Below are positions 10,888 through 22,158 of a stretch of 64,000 nucleotides of DNA, in pieces (positions within the stretch are counted from its first letter, which is position 1; each line of letters begins with the position of its first letter). The position numbers and the translations under genes were made by a program. The stretch spans positions 1 through 64,000 of IMG/VR virus record IMGVR_UViG_3300047311_000323. One strand, 5' to 3'. Source of the DNA: a virus. The notes under the pieces are model-generated. The model ran no database searches, was not told the DNA's origin, and saw nothing but the letters and a program-made list of their open reading frames with translations.

Positions 10888-12759
10888 TCATCCAGAATTG
10901 GCAAGGTTGAGCGCGTTGTTATTCATGTAATCCTGGAAAATCTGGTCCATAATCTGATAGAAACTATTGACTGTATTGCATAAAGAGGTCATAGCTGGAG
11001 TAATTCCTGACCTGACATTCTGCAAAGTACCATCAGGCAATACAAGGATTTCCTCAGCCCTAATAACAGCATCCTCATCCAAAAACCCCAATAAATTACC
11101 AGTACCTTTACTGGCCGGATCGTTGAGCGGCATAACATAGAGAGCGCCCATAATAGCAACAATATCAGCTAAGCCCAATCCACTGAATTCTCCCATAATC
11201 ATTTCAATTATCTGAAGGGCATCACCGGCCTCTTCTAGCATCTTATTTCTTATGCCAGTTAGGTTCTCTTGTGACTTGGCGCTTAGATTTCCTTGAGCAT
11301 CTGAGGTACTTGCATCAAAAGTAAGCTTATAGTTAGAGAAAGCAAAATTTCCTGGGTCAGGAGTTGCTGTGGGCTCAATAATTGAGCCATTAAGATTAGA
11401 CATAACTACGCTAGCTTGCTTAGCAATAATGTCAAAATCGAAGGGTGTAAAAAGTGCAGGATCGATATTCTTACTAAGTGGCACACTACGTATAGAACAG
11501 CCACCTTCAGGCCCCGTAGTATCCGGTATAGGTAGCCAGTAATAGAAGCCCTGTCTAGCATGAACGATTCTCATAGAGTCAACTAGTTTGTATATCATTG
11601 AGCGCATAGTAGATAGGTATTGTGCGAAAGCTTGCTGCTGTGATAGGTTAAATACACTGCCACTAAAAATGTTACCAATAGTAGTGGTACCGATAGTTAT
11701 ACTTTGCAGTGCTTTGTTGCCCTTGATGTAGTCTATAGTGTTTTTTACATCAGCGCCAGCATCATTTACTGTTGGTGTTGAAAGCCTGTCTCTGATTACT
11801 TTTTCTAGTAATGGTCTTTCGGCTCTCGCAGTGCTACTCGTTTTCAAATAGCTGGCGTCATAAACAAATGGGATAGCGATTCTTTTAGATACACCAGTGG
11901 ATGTCTTAGATTCGGCGGCCCAGATGCTAAAGTCAATTCTAGGATCAACCATGAATGGCTTTATGATATGCTGGTGCTGCGATAGGATGTTGTAGCCTGC
12001 CTGATTAGGCTTAAATTGCTTACTAGGGTCTGCATTAATATCTTGAAAATCAGCAAGTCTAACTTCTCTATCTCCAGTTAGTGTATAGGTAGAAGCTATA
12101 TTGCCAGGCACAGAATAAGACTGGTTTTCAACCTTAAAATCAAATGGCTCTGTATTTTTGAATGGTTGGGCAAAAGGGCGTCTATTTACGTTACTACCTT
12201 TACCATAAGTTCCAGAAGTCAAAGATAATACGCCGGCCTCTACTGATTGAGGAACCGAAAAGATTTGAGCGCACTGAGATGCGTACTCTTCTCTTTTCTG
12301 TGATAAGTCTTCAAATTTAGTTCCGATGTTCGTTGCTATTCTTAGCTTTCTTTCCAGAGTAATAGAACGCTCAATATCTTCGCCCATAACAATATCAAAA
12401 CCAGGATTGTAAAAATCACTTTGGTCTGAATTGATTACAGGAAATCCAATAACTCGATAAAAAGCGTGGCATCTACTCTCCTGAGACAATTGAACAGGAG
12501 TAGTCGTGTTAGGAGTTCCAGCAATCGTATTGGCTGCGGGGTCGATGTTTAGCGCTTTAATCAGGTCTGCAGTTTTACTACCAGTTATGGTAATACTAAT
12601 CTGAGCCCTGATATCATCAATACCGATGTTCAAGCCAGGTTCGTTATCATCTGGCGTATGACCACCAGTAACGAAATGCTTGAACATCTTTTTGATATCA
12701 GGGTCAGAGTTCTGACTGCTTTGTGAATTGGCTTGTAGCGTATCATCTGTATCTGCCAT
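10888..12759 (-). CDS. Hypothetical baseplate-region protein
   Basis: 623 aa ORF in the baseplate operon, includes ESRCHAFYRVIGFPV; TAATG coupling with the upstream gene. Confidence 0.6.
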   Translation of the reverse strand: MADTDDTLQANSQSSQNSDPDIKKMFKHFVTGGHTPDDNEPGLNIGIDDIRAQISITITGSKTADLIKALNIDPAANTIAGTPNTTTPVQLSQESRCHAFYRVIGFPVINSDQSDFYNPGFDIVMGEDIERSITLERKLRIATNIGTKFEDLSQKREEYASQCAQIFSVPQSVEAGVLSLTSGTYGKGSNVNRRPFAQPFKNTEPFDFKVENQSYSVPGNIASTYTLTGDREVRLADFQDINADPSKQFKPNQAGYNILSQHQHIIKPFMVDPRIDFSIWAAESKTSTGVSKRIAIPFVYDASYLKTSSTARAERPLLEKVIRDRLSTPTVNDAGADVKNTIDYIKGNKALQSITIGTTTIGNIFSGSVFNLSQQQAFAQYLSTMRSMIYKLVDSMRIVHARQGFYYWLPIPDTTGPEGGCSIRSVPLSKNIDPALFTPFDFDIIAKQASVVMSNLNGSIIEPTATPDPGNFAFSNYKLTFDASTSDAQGNLSAKSQENLTGIRNKMLEEAGDALQIIEMIMGEFSGLGLADIVAIMGALYVMPLNDPASKGTGNLLGFLDEDAVIRAEEILVLPDGTLQNVRSGITPAMTSLCNTVNSFYQIMDQIFQDYMNNNALNLANSG

Positions 12760-14951
12760 TAGCCGCTATCCTTATCCCTAGATAGGTCGCCAGCATCACG
12801 ACGTGGCTGAGTGCCCGTGGTATCGCCGTCTCCTGTGAGTGGGATGTTGTCTGGTGCGTGTGGCGAGAAGACAAATTCGTAGTTTAGATTCTGTAGTGCA
12901 TGAACTGGAGGAACAGTACCATCAACTGAGCCCAAAGTGTTTGTACATAGGACTTGGTTTTGGAACGAGATGATAATCTCTCCCTGTCCAGGGTCTGTAC
13001 TAGTTAGATTGGCCGTGAATGCCTGATAACCGTCATAAGCAAATGGAGAGACGGTCCCAACAGTAGGTGTTGCTTTGATATTTTTAGCAACATTGGCCGC
13101 AACATCTGCTGGAATACCATTAGTAATTGGCAGCCCATTATTCTCATTAAGGTTGACGGTTATTACGATTGGTTGAGTAGTGAACTGAGAAGTCGGAGAA
13201 ATACTAAATGTACTCTCACAAGGATTGAATCCAATTCCAATGAGTCCGAAGATGGCGTCTTTAGCGTCAAGCTCTAGCTTATGCAAACAAGTAAGACAGG
13301 TTGTCTGGAATTCAGCAACACCAGCCACAGTCATATTAGAACGCAAGTTAGAGACGGCAGTTGTTAGACATTCTTGAGCTTGTGCTGTGTCTGGGAAGAC
13401 TCTGCCATTCCTGCCATGCACCTGGTCCGATAGGGCCGCAGACTGGAATCCTACCTGAGAGAACATAACGGTGTTCAAGAATCCAGAGTTTAGAGCGATG
13501 GCAGGCATACACTTCATGTTAACCAAGTTCTTCTGTAATAGTACGGGAAGGTTTGGTTTGAATGTATACTCCATATTGGAGAATGTGTATCCGTCAGTTG
13601 GCAATAGAACTGGGTTAGCGGAGAACTTCGCTGGCTTATGAATAAAGTTGCCAAGCGTAGCCTGCTTGTCAGTCTGAGATTGGGTGCCATCAGCATTATC
13701 CTGGAATCCGAATAGCTTAGTAGTACCATCATCTTCATAACCTAGGCCACCGCCAAGAGATAATACACCGGTTAAAACAAGTGAGGTCCCATTATTGTAA
13801 GCAAGTAAGTCCTGAGAAGGTACTTTCAAAACGATGCAATCCTTAAATCTAATGAATCTAGGATCGCCAGGTCTATTATCCCACTGCGATGGATTGTAGA
13901 ACAGTCTTAGGTCCATAGTATAGGCAGCCTGTCCCGGAGGAGTATTGGCGTCATACTTGGCATCTGTTGGGAAGAAGATTGGCTTTGGAACAACACTGTT
14001 ATTTACATCGAATGCATTAACAATGTTCTGGAAGGCTTGCTCTTGACTCTGGTTAGCGTCATACAACTGCCAGCTCTCTGTACGAAGATCAGAGGTTAAG
14101 AATAGGCTACCCAACGCTACATTGGTTTGATATCCTGCTTGCGGTAGATATTGGAATGTACCAGTCTTGTTAGTGAAGTTTCCTTGAACGATAGTTGGAC
14201 AGTAAGTAGCTGCGCAGCAACCATCGGTGCTACCTGGACCACCACCCTCACATGGAGGGATAGAGAAGATTAAGCTTAGGATGTCCTTGATGACCTGAAT
14301 AATGATTGTGAACAGAGCTAGTAGAACGAACAAGTTCTGGAAAATACACAACAGGGCGCCTAGCTTTTTAGCGATAGTGAGAACGCTGGTAGCATTAGCT
14401 GAGTTAAATGCTTTTACCAAAGCATTGATGTTTCTAAGAATTGCTTTGATGAGCTTTAGAATTTGATCAATGATGTACAAAATCAAAGCCAGCAATAATA
14501 GCAGCAATGATATGATCATTAAGATCAAAGCAAATATAGGAAATAGATTTAGGAACTCTGGGATACACTGAGTAAACAATCTATTAAGCGCCGAGATAAG
14601 GGCGAAAGGATTCATCAAAGCACATAGAACTTCGATAATACAGATAATAAGATTGAGAATCGGTAAGAAGAATTTATACAACATTAGGAATGGCATGAAC
14701 TGATCTAACAGCTTCATGATTCCGTCGTAAATATCTTTTCCAAAATTAGGATTTAATTGAGGTTTCAATGCTCCAGGAGGAATAAGCATTTGCAGCTTAT
14801 TCATCAAATCTAGCAAATCTTCTGGGAAATTGGTAGGATATGGAATAGTAGGTACTGGCAAAACCGAAGGAATGCCAAATCCCGGGAGGGAAGGACCACT
14901 AGGACCATCTGGAGAAGGGAATGAAACATCATTAGGACTGCAAGGACACAT
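12759..14951 (-). CDS. Hypothetical baseplate-region protein with long hydrophobic, Cys-containing helices
   Basis: 730 aa; starts MCPC; residues ~85-230 very hydrophobic (FALILMIISLLLLLLALILYIIDQIL); directly downstream of the spike-like gene. Confidence 0.6.
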   Translation of the reverse strand: MCPCSPNDVSFPSPDGPSGPSLPGFGIPSVLPVPTIPYPTNFPEDLLDLMNKLQMLIPPGALKPQLNPNFGKDIYDGIMKLLDQFMPFLMLYKFFLPILNLIICIIEVLCALMNPFALISALNRLFTQCIPEFLNLFPIFALILMIISLLLLLLALILYIIDQILKLIKAILRNINALVKAFNSANATSVLTIAKKLGALLCIFQNLFVLLALFTIIIQVIKDILSLIFSIPPCEGGGPGSTDGCCAATYCPTIVQGNFTNKTGTFQYLPQAGYQTNVALGSLFLTSDLRTESWQLYDANQSQEQAFQNIVNAFDVNNSVVPKPIFFPTDAKYDANTPPGQAAYTMDLRLFYNPSQWDNRPGDPRFIRFKDCIVLKVPSQDLLAYNNGTSLVLTGVLSLGGGLGYEDDGTTKLFGFQDNADGTQSQTDKQATLGNFIHKPAKFSANPVLLPTDGYTFSNMEYTFKPNLPVLLQKNLVNMKCMPAIALNSGFLNTVMFSQVGFQSAALSDQVHGRNGRVFPDTAQAQECLTTAVSNLRSNMTVAGVAEFQTTCLTCLHKLELDAKDAIFGLIGIGFNPCESTFSISPTSQFTTQPIVITVNLNENNGLPITNGIPADVAANVAKNIKATPTVGTVSPFAYDGYQAFTANLTSTDPGQGEIIISFQNQVLCTNTLGSVDGTVPPVHALQNLNYEFVFSPHAPDNIPLTGDGDTTGTQPRRDAGDLSRDKDSG

Positions 14952-14970
14952 TGTCTATTTATATATCCTT

Positions 14971-17067
14971 TCAAACAGATGTGGCTGGTAGCAATGCAAC
15001 TAGCCTGTGATTTACATACAGATTATCTGCATCGATGTAAATCGGACCATCACTTTTCATATTGATGCCCTGTGCTCCGTACAAGTTCAAAACTGATGGT
15101 GTCATAATAGTTACACCCTTAGCATCTACTCGGAACATATGAGCATATCCGCCGGCAAAGACTCTTAAGTCCATGGTAGCAATCCAAGTGTCATCTTTGC
15201 CCTTGAACCTTGCATCACTAGCTGCAATACCGAATCCACCTACCTGTACAAAAACATCCCCATCAAAATTTACCATAGCACTTCTATTATTTCGATCTCT
15301 ACCGATATTAGCAACCATCCCGCCAGCAGTATCTAACCAGAGAGACTGTCTGTCAATGGTATTTGCTCCGATGTTCATTTCCAAAGAACCATCTAGATTG
15401 ATAGAGCCGCTACGTCCACCAGCCTTAGCATCTGGACCGGATACCTTAATCTTAGTACTGACCAAATCTGACAAGTCTTTAATATAAGACGTATCAATAG
15501 GATCTTCCATAGTCTGTAACTGATAATTCTCAATTGTCCTACCATCTTGATGCAAAGAGCAGGTCTTCAAGATATCATGATAAGCTGTACCATGTCTAAT
15601 GCTATAGACGCTCTTAGCTACGAATTGGCTAATACGATCATGCGGACCAGCATCATTATTGTTTGTTCCATCTATTAGCTGTATGGATCCATGTAGGAAC
15701 TGTGGCTTACCACCCACATCAGCAGCGCTTGTTTCAAGCATAGGGGCGGCAAATGAATCTACGAAGATATCTTGGCTAACTGGCTGGCCACTCTTAGGGA
15801 ACCATAACTGATTAGGGTTGCTATTATCAGTGGTTGCAAAGGTAGAATAGTTTTCTGGTCTTACCAATAATGGAATGTTACCAGTCTCACTAGAGGCCGG
15901 TACATTTAGTTTGAATTGTCCTTCTTTATCAACATCAAAAGAGAATCTGCTACGTTGCAATTTAGCATTGTAGTTATCATCATTGATGCCTAACGCAGTG
16001 CCTTGATTAGTTGGCTTTGGATCTTTGCGAGAGTTGATCTCAAAATGGAAAGCGACGCTCTTTCTTTCAAGAGCGCGGATATTCAAATATGATTTTTTAG
16101 AATCAGTAGTGGCTACAGTTCCATTAGTTCTTAGTGTAGTGTCAGCAGTAAGGCCAATAGGAAGTGGAAGTCTATTTAGATCAAGGATGTTTCCGAAAAT
16201 GTCTACTACAGTACCTTTAACTTCTTCGATTAGGAAGTTAGGGGCAACTGAGCTTAGACTCATAGTATCGGCACGGCTACTGCGCCTATTGGGCGTACTA
16301 TAAACCTTTGCGGCTTGTGCCGTGGTAGTATACTTATTTGATTCAGAATTCAGATCATCTATATTAGATCCTAGCTGAAATTCATAGACAATTTGACGGT
16401 GTTCGACAAAGGCAGGATTCTTAGTTGGTCCAGTTCTAATGTCATTGGCAGTAGAAGTTGGATCTAAACCAATCACTGAGTAAATTGGATCGTATGCATC
16501 ATCTTCTAGTTTGGTACTTCCGCTGTATGATGCTGCCTGAGGATTTGGTTGTAAATCTCTTTTAACTAATCCGCCAACTTCACGATAGGCTTGCGTAAAA
16601 TGATTTTCGTTTTCAAAGTTGAAAGTAACAAGATTGCTTTTTGGATACTTCTGGCTTCCAGCAAAAACATGAATGTTATTTACATCAGATCCAATCTTGA
16701 TATTACTATCTAAATCAAGTAGTATCTTGGATGAGTCTGAAGAGCGAATAAGCATTTGGCCAGGTAACAACTTAGGAATGATGTTACGATTTTCTGGCTC
16801 GTAATTAACGAAATGGTACTGCCCTCCCAAACTCTGAGCTACTGTAACTGGAGTATTCTTAGCAGGTAGTGAACCGATAAACATACCAGCACTATCTATT
16901 AGAGGGAAAACTCGTGGGATACCCACAGAAGGCGCTTTACCCCTAATAGCATTAACTTCGGTTAACTGAACTCTAAATTCATTACCGGATGAATCGACTA
17001 TAGATCCGGCACGCAGCATGCCTGATGGTGGGTCGAATATGTTAATGCCTGCTTTTATAGTTGTCAT
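14971..17067 (-). CDS. Baseplate central spike-like protein (gp5/gpV type)
   Basis: Position after the hub; N-terminal OB-like segment (GMFIGSLPAKNTPVTVAQSLGG) and C-terminal beta-strand repeats (SINLDGSLEMNIG...VNFDGDVFVQVGG). Confidence 0.6.
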   Translation of the reverse strand: MTTIKAGINIFDPPSGMLRAGSIVDSSGNEFRVQLTEVNAIRGKAPSVGIPRVFPLIDSAGMFIGSLPAKNTPVTVAQSLGGQYHFVNYEPENRNIIPKLLPGQMLIRSSDSSKILLDLDSNIKIGSDVNNIHVFAGSQKYPKSNLVTFNFENENHFTQAYREVGGLVKRDLQPNPQAASYSGSTKLEDDAYDPIYSVIGLDPTSTANDIRTGPTKNPAFVEHRQIVYEFQLGSNIDDLNSESNKYTTTAQAAKVYSTPNRRSSRADTMSLSSVAPNFLIEEVKGTVVDIFGNILDLNRLPLPIGLTADTTLRTNGTVATTDSKKSYLNIRALERKSVAFHFEINSRKDPKPTNQGTALGINDDNYNAKLQRSRFSFDVDKEGQFKLNVPASSETGNIPLLVRPENYSTFATTDNSNPNQLWFPKSGQPVSQDIFVDSFAAPMLETSAADVGGKPQFLHGSIQLIDGTNNNDAGPHDRISQFVAKSVYSIRHGTAYHDILKTCSLHQDGRTIENYQLQTMEDPIDTSYIKDLSDLVSTKIKVSGPDAKAGGRSGSINLDGSLEMNIGANTIDRQSLWLDTAGGMVANIGRDRNNRSAMVNFDGDVFVQVGGFGIAASDARFKGKDDTWIATMDLRVFAGGYAHMFRVDAKGVTIMTPSVLNLYGAQGINMKSDGPIYIDADNLYVNHRLVALLPATSV

Positions 17068-17076
17068 TATAGCCTA

Positions 17077-20000
17077 TTACTTTGTTGTTGAATTAGCTAC
17101 AGCGGCGGGAACCTGCTCAAAACTAATCCAGCAATCAATAATATAACTAAAAAGAGCAGTTCTTAGAGCGTTATTGTTAGCTGACATTGCAGCAGCATCA
17201 GTTCCATCATCATTACCAACCGGATTAGAAGAACTTGGAGCGCCAGTATTAGTTGATGTAGTAGCCATTTGATTTCTTGCTGCATCAATAGCCTGTTGAG
17301 ATGGAGAGTGTCTAGATTTTTGATTATCCATATTTACAGGAACTACCTCAACCGATCCCTTTGGTAAACCTTTGTTTTCAACTGGGGCATTTTGGAAGCT
17401 TACAGATTTTGGACCACCACTTGGGTTTATCATCTGTTCAGCTATGCCATTAGCCTGTTGTTTAAGATTTATGCTAAGTGGATTTTTGTTGTCGTAATAG
17501 ATACGTAATTCAATTTTGGCCTTAACGTTATTACCGGCAGACGAATTAGAATTCAAAATGTATTGAGTGTTATACAAGATGTTGTTAAACACCTTGGTGT
17601 TGGTAGTAGTGTTTGGGTCTATTGAATTTGTTGACTCTTGTCCCGTTGAAAGTTGAATAGTGCCACCTTTAGTCTTCAACTGAAACACGCCCAAACTCTC
17701 TTCATTAGCCGAAGACTCTTGTCTGTGGATAACCATATCAGCCACTTCTTGATTCTTGTAAATCAACTTTCCAATGCTATCCATTACGGTTGGAATATAC
17801 TCTCCAATACCATGTCCATAAGTCAACTCTAATGTAGTAGTAAATCCACTACCTAAATCAAGAGAGTGAGAAACTGAGCTAACATAGAACAGCATGTTAC
17901 GGTCTTCCAAGAAGATAACTTCACCAGGCTGCATGTATTCATTGCCAGAGATAGTGAGTGAGCCGCTTAGGACGCTGTGCCTATCACGAGAAAGGATGAT
18001 AGCTGCATATGGGCCGAGCTGTGACGAAGGGTCTGTTAAAAATGGTACGTTGATTGTATACGGTTGTTTGAAACCATAGTTGCGCCACATGTCATAGTCG
18101 ATAGCAATGGCCGTAACCAAAGCGTTGCCGCCACCTGGGAATGTATTCAAACCAGGAGGGCCTCCACCACCTTCATTTTCAGAGAAGAATGGCAAAGTTC
18201 CGTGCACTTCAACGGAAGTATAATTGGGGGCGCGTTCGCCAATTCGTATGCTTCTAATCTGAGAGCGTCTAATAACATATCGGTCACCAGAGCCAGGACC
18301 GTAATCATCATATGACTCATCTTCTATCATATGCTCATACACTTCTGGAATGAAACTCTTCTTGAAATTGCCGGGGTTAAGTAAAGAGTTAGTGGTAGCG
18401 GTGCCATTATCTATTGACTTGAACTCTGTGGCATTTTTAATAGAATGATAGAACAGCTTAACTGCTGACTGCCATTCTTGCACATAGGTAGTTAACTCAT
18501 TGGTGACTTTGAAAATATCAACTGTCTGACCGGTATCTAGCTCAATTGCGGAGTTGGGCCCAGCTTGTGTTAGGTAGTCTTTGCTAGTGATGTATTGTCC
18601 AGACTTTGTCTGAATACGTGTGATTAACGTTTGGAAAACACTCTGCTGAAAAATAGAAGTAGTTGGTGCACTTGAAGTATTGCTACCGCTTTGTTTCAAG
18701 TTCTGCTGCTCTAGAGCCTGATTAAGTATGTAGTATTTTTCTGCACTTGAGAATAGAACTTTATTGGAAGTTCCAGCGCTTTTCACCGCTCCAAAATTAT
18801 CAAGTGATAAATCTGACGCGCTAGCCGCTGTACTTGGATTTGCAGCCAGTATTAGATTCTGATAGTTAGAGATGTTGTCGCTTGAATCAGAGACAAATTG
18901 AAATACAGCTCCATTACCAGCATTTACTGAAGACTCGAATAGAAAGGCCGTAGCCTCTTTGTCGCCCTCAAAATCTGCTGAGCTGTAAGCCCCTAAGATG
19001 GCACAATCTAGCCTTATTAGGTCTTCAAGAACCTCAATACGATTTCTTAGCGAACTTATCTGGTCTTCAAATAGGCTGTTCATAAACTCTGGAAATATCT
19101 GAACTCCTAGCGCGTGTTTCAGATAAATCATTCTATTGTATACTGAGCTTGGCATCCTATTATACTGGGGCGGCCTTACACGAATATGACCCTGTGAGTC
19201 ACAAAACACTTCTAGGTTGAGCAAGTCTGCTACATGTGAAATTTGAGAGGCCACATCGCTATACTCTGTGGAATACATTTCCACACCTTTAGCTAAGGCT
19301 TTATTGAACGCAGCAATATCGTAGTCTATGTCATAGTAATCGTCCACTATGAATAGGTTCTTATCTGAGTTGCCCCTAACATCATAAGACATACGTCTTG
19401 TTAGATAGTTAGTTTGCTTACGTAATTCTTTGCGGCCCGTAGAGTCAGACGGATCATTTTTCCCGTCAACTAGATTATTACTATCCGCTCCTGGTTGTGT
19501 GGTAACCGTACCAAAAAATTGGTTAGAGGCCGATTGAAATTCTCGGATGGTACTATCAATAGAGGCTCTAAGTACTTTAGCTTTACCCTGAAGTTCTGAT
19601 GCTCTAGCTTGTGATACGCTATTAGAAATTTGTCCCGGGATTTTTTCAGAGAAAGCATTGATAGCGCCCAAAGCGACTAGCGATCTTTGAACGTCTGCAA
19701 GTTCCTGTATCTTTTTATCTAGATCAGAATTCTTCTGTGTAATGGTAGATTGAGCCTGCATAGACTGCGCTATAGCGGCATCACTCATAACTAGATTTTT
19801 GAATGGAATGAAATTACCCCATAGAGAATTGGTCTTTGACAAACTAGTTCTCAATGAGTTAATGAAAGAGTAAGATGGGTCTTGTCTACTCTGAGGATCT
19901 CCCGTTATTCCATACAGATTCTGGGTGGTCTTGAAATAAGTTGCGTAGTTGTATGGTATACCAGTAATCAAAAGAGATATGACGTTCATAACATCTAGTC

Positions 20001-22158
20001 CAGCAAATGGCTGCTGATATGGATTGGTAATACCAACTAAATTAGGATCGTTAATGGTATTGATAGAGCCGTTTTGAACGAAAATTCCAATACCTTGTTT
20101 CCACTTATAAGCTAATCCATCAGGAGCATAAAAGACTCTTGTCAACCTTCCAGTAGTTGGGTCTATGCTCTGATCCTGAATGTAATTTCCCTGCGTAGCC
20201 TTCTGTCCAGTTAGCGCGCCTTGCTTATACTTGACTAGAGACTCTTTACCAGTTTGTGATAGCAAATATACGTTCTCATCGAGTAACTGTGGTGAGTGTC
20301 CAGATACGGTCCCATTGGTAGTGACATCATCAAAATTGGATTTGAACGGAGTTAATGGGTCGAAAATCATTCCGTTGAAATTATTAGTTCCCGGTTTGAA
20401 ATTGACTTTACCCTGTCTAAAATACAAAGTGTTATCACTGCCGCTTATGTCAACTGTGAATTTACCACCTGACCAATTGTCCAGTGCCGACTCTACTACT
20501 CCAGCGAAAACATGAGTACCTTCATTTTCAGAAGTAAATTGGCCTCTCATAGTGGCCCATAGATAGTTAGGGAAACTAGGACCAACAAACATATTCTTCT
20601 CTGCTTGTACGGCGGTATTTTTGCTTGGATTGAAAAGAGTACTAAGTTCGTTTTTGAATGCGGTTGCAGTATTATTGATATTTTGTAGAATGCCAAACCC
20701 ACTAAACATCTGAGTTAGCCCTGACAAAATTTTGTGGTCTACTTGGCTCTTGGACTTCATATAGACGTGGACTACGTCCATTGGCTGAACAATCAGTTTA
20801 CCAGAGAAGTTGAAACGCAACTTTCTACGAGCATAGTTGTATGACTTGTTATCAGCAGTGAAGTTACCTGCGGCATTAGATAGTAGTGTTATCTGTGAAT
20901 AGATAGTGGCGATAATTGATTGGAAAGCTTGCAGCTCTGAGTTGCCGTGGCTTTTGCTCTTAGCGTTATTCTTCCAAGGATAACCGGTATATCCTGGGCC
21001 TTTGTCTAGACCATCATAACCAGCAATTTCACCACCTCTTAAGAATTCGGCGGTTACATCAACGCCACCGCTTCCAGTTAGGCTTAAAGCGCCCAATGGA
21101 TTGAAAGTGAACTGAATCTCTACGCCTAGACGATCGATAATGGCTCTTACTCTTTTACCCAACAAGGTGTCAGGTTCTACCTTAAAAGTAATCGGGCTAG
21201 CGTTTCTGGCGCTTCTAATTTTATTCAGTTGGCTTTGTTGGCTGCTTATAACTTGATTAGCGGACTGTGCTCCAAACTGAAATGTCTTGCTATTGTAAAA
21301 CAGGTTGGTTGCATCACTAAGTGCCACTTCGATATCATAATCAGTAATTAGCATTGACTCATAAGGGTCAGAAATGCTAAGACTGAATCTACCAGGAGAC
21401 TTGATATCAGTCGTAGTAGTTGTGCTAATTCTTGTAAAATTAGTTAGCTCAATAGTTCCGGTACCAGATCCGAAGATAGACTGAAATAGATTAGTAGGAT
21501 CGGTTATCCAAGTAGTATACTGGTTAGTATGATTGAATGCTTGTAATGTACGCAGTCTATCTACTGTCTTAATGAAACTAGAAGCATCTTTATCTAATGG
21601 ATTACTTCCGCTACCAAAAGCGCCAAATAAATTGTTACCACCACCAAAAACACCACCTGCGCCACTATTGAATACATTGCCAGTAGCGGTATCGGCCAGC
21701 GTGATAATGAGGGGTAACAACTGTTCATTGACATTGCCAACTGCGGCTGTTACTTGTTGAATTTTGCTTAGCTTCTCAAGTGCAGAGATTTGATGACACT
21801 TATTCTGCATCAAAATTTTGATAGCCTTGTAGTAGAGCCTTTCGTCAGCATCCATAAAATCAGGACGAAAATTTTCTGCTACAGAAGAAAACATTCTCTT
21901 CTTCACTAGAACAGTTGCATTCGGCTCTTGCCATAGGGTATCAAATTGCTTTGGATCAGTATTGTAAGGGTCTCTTCTCAGATATCCCTCTTCAATGTAT
22001 CTTCTTTCAGCAGACTGGTCAAATTGGGACGCAAAATCGCCTAGAGAACCATACTTTACATTTTGGTCGTCAATGACGGCATCCAAAGATGTAGTGGTAT
22101 TTTCTCCCAAATTGAATTGGCTGCTTATCGCATCCCCTAAATCACCTAAAAAACTCAT
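17077..22158 (-). CDS. Baseplate hub protein (gp27/gpD-like), enlarged
   Basis: VFAGVV, LEVFCDSQGHIRVRPPQY and LTISGNEYMQPGEVIFL...FYVSSVSHSL...FTTTLEL are hub-type motifs; synteny. Confidence 0.75.
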   Translation of the reverse strand: MSFLGDLGDAISSQFNLGENTTTSLDAVIDDQNVKYGSLGDFASQFDQSAERRYIEEGYLRRDPYNTDPKQFDTLWQEPNATVLVKKRMFSSVAENFRPDFMDADERLYYKAIKILMQNKCHQISALEKLSKIQQVTAAVGNVNEQLLPLIITLADTATGNVFNSGAGGVFGGGNNLFGAFGSGSNPLDKDASSFIKTVDRLRTLQAFNHTNQYTTWITDPTNLFQSIFGSGTGTIELTNFTRISTTTTTDIKSPGRFSLSISDPYESMLITDYDIEVALSDATNLFYNSKTFQFGAQSANQVISSQQSQLNKIRSARNASPITFKVEPDTLLGKRVRAIIDRLGVEIQFTFNPLGALSLTGSGGVDVTAEFLRGGEIAGYDGLDKGPGYTGYPWKNNAKSKSHGNSELQAFQSIIATIYSQITLLSNAAGNFTADNKSYNYARRKLRFNFSGKLIVQPMDVVHVYMKSKSQVDHKILSGLTQMFSGFGILQNINNTATAFKNELSTLFNPSKNTAVQAEKNMFVGPSFPNYLWATMRGQFTSENEGTHVFAGVVESALDNWSGGKFTVDISGSDNTLYFRQGKVNFKPGTNNFNGMIFDPLTPFKSNFDDVTTNGTVSGHSPQLLDENVYLLSQTGKESLVKYKQGALTGQKATQGNYIQDQSIDPTTGRLTRVFYAPDGLAYKWKQGIGIFVQNGSINTINDPNLVGITNPYQQPFAGLDVMNVISLLITGIPYNYATYFKTTQNLYGITGDPQSRQDPSYSFINSLRTSLSKTNSLWGNFIPFKNLVMSDAAIAQSMQAQSTITQKNSDLDKKIQELADVQRSLVALGAINAFSEKIPGQISNSVSQARASELQGKAKVLRASIDSTIREFQSASNQFFGTVTTQPGADSNNLVDGKNDPSDSTGRKELRKQTNYLTRRMSYDVRGNSDKNLFIVDDYYDIDYDIAAFNKALAKGVEMYSTEYSDVASQISHVADLLNLEVFCDSQGHIRVRPPQYNRMPSSVYNRMIYLKHALGVQIFPEFMNSLFEDQISSLRNRIEVLEDLIRLDCAILGAYSSADFEGDKEATAFLFESSVNAGNGAVFQFVSDSSDNISNYQNLILAANPSTAASASDLSLDNFGAVKSAGTSNKVLFSSAEKYYILNQALEQQNLKQSGSNTSSAPTTSIFQQSVFQTLITRIQTKSGQYITSKDYLTQAGPNSAIELDTGQTVDIFKVTNELTTYVQEWQSAVKLFYHSIKNATEFKSIDNGTATTNSLLNPGNFKKSFIPEVYEHMIEDESYDDYGPGSGDRYVIRRSQIRSIRIGERAPNYTSVEVHGTLPFFSENEGGGGPPGLNTFPGGGNALVTAIAIDYDMWRNYGFKQPYTINVPFLTDPSSQLGPYAAIILSRDRHSVLSGSLTISGNEYMQPGEVIFLEDRNMLFYVSSVSHSLDLGSGFTTTLELTYGHGIGEYIPTVMDSIGKLIYKNQEVADMVIHRQESSANEESLGVFQLKTKGGTIQLSTGQESTNSIDPNTTTNTKVFNNILYNTQYILNSNSSAGNNVKAKIELRIYYDNKNPLSINLKQQANGIAEQMINPSGGPKSVSFQNAPVENKGLPKGSVEVVPVNMDNQKSRHSPSQQAIDAARNQMATTSTNTGAPSSSNPVGNDDGTDAAAMSANNNALRTALFSYIIDCWISFEQVPAAVANSTTK

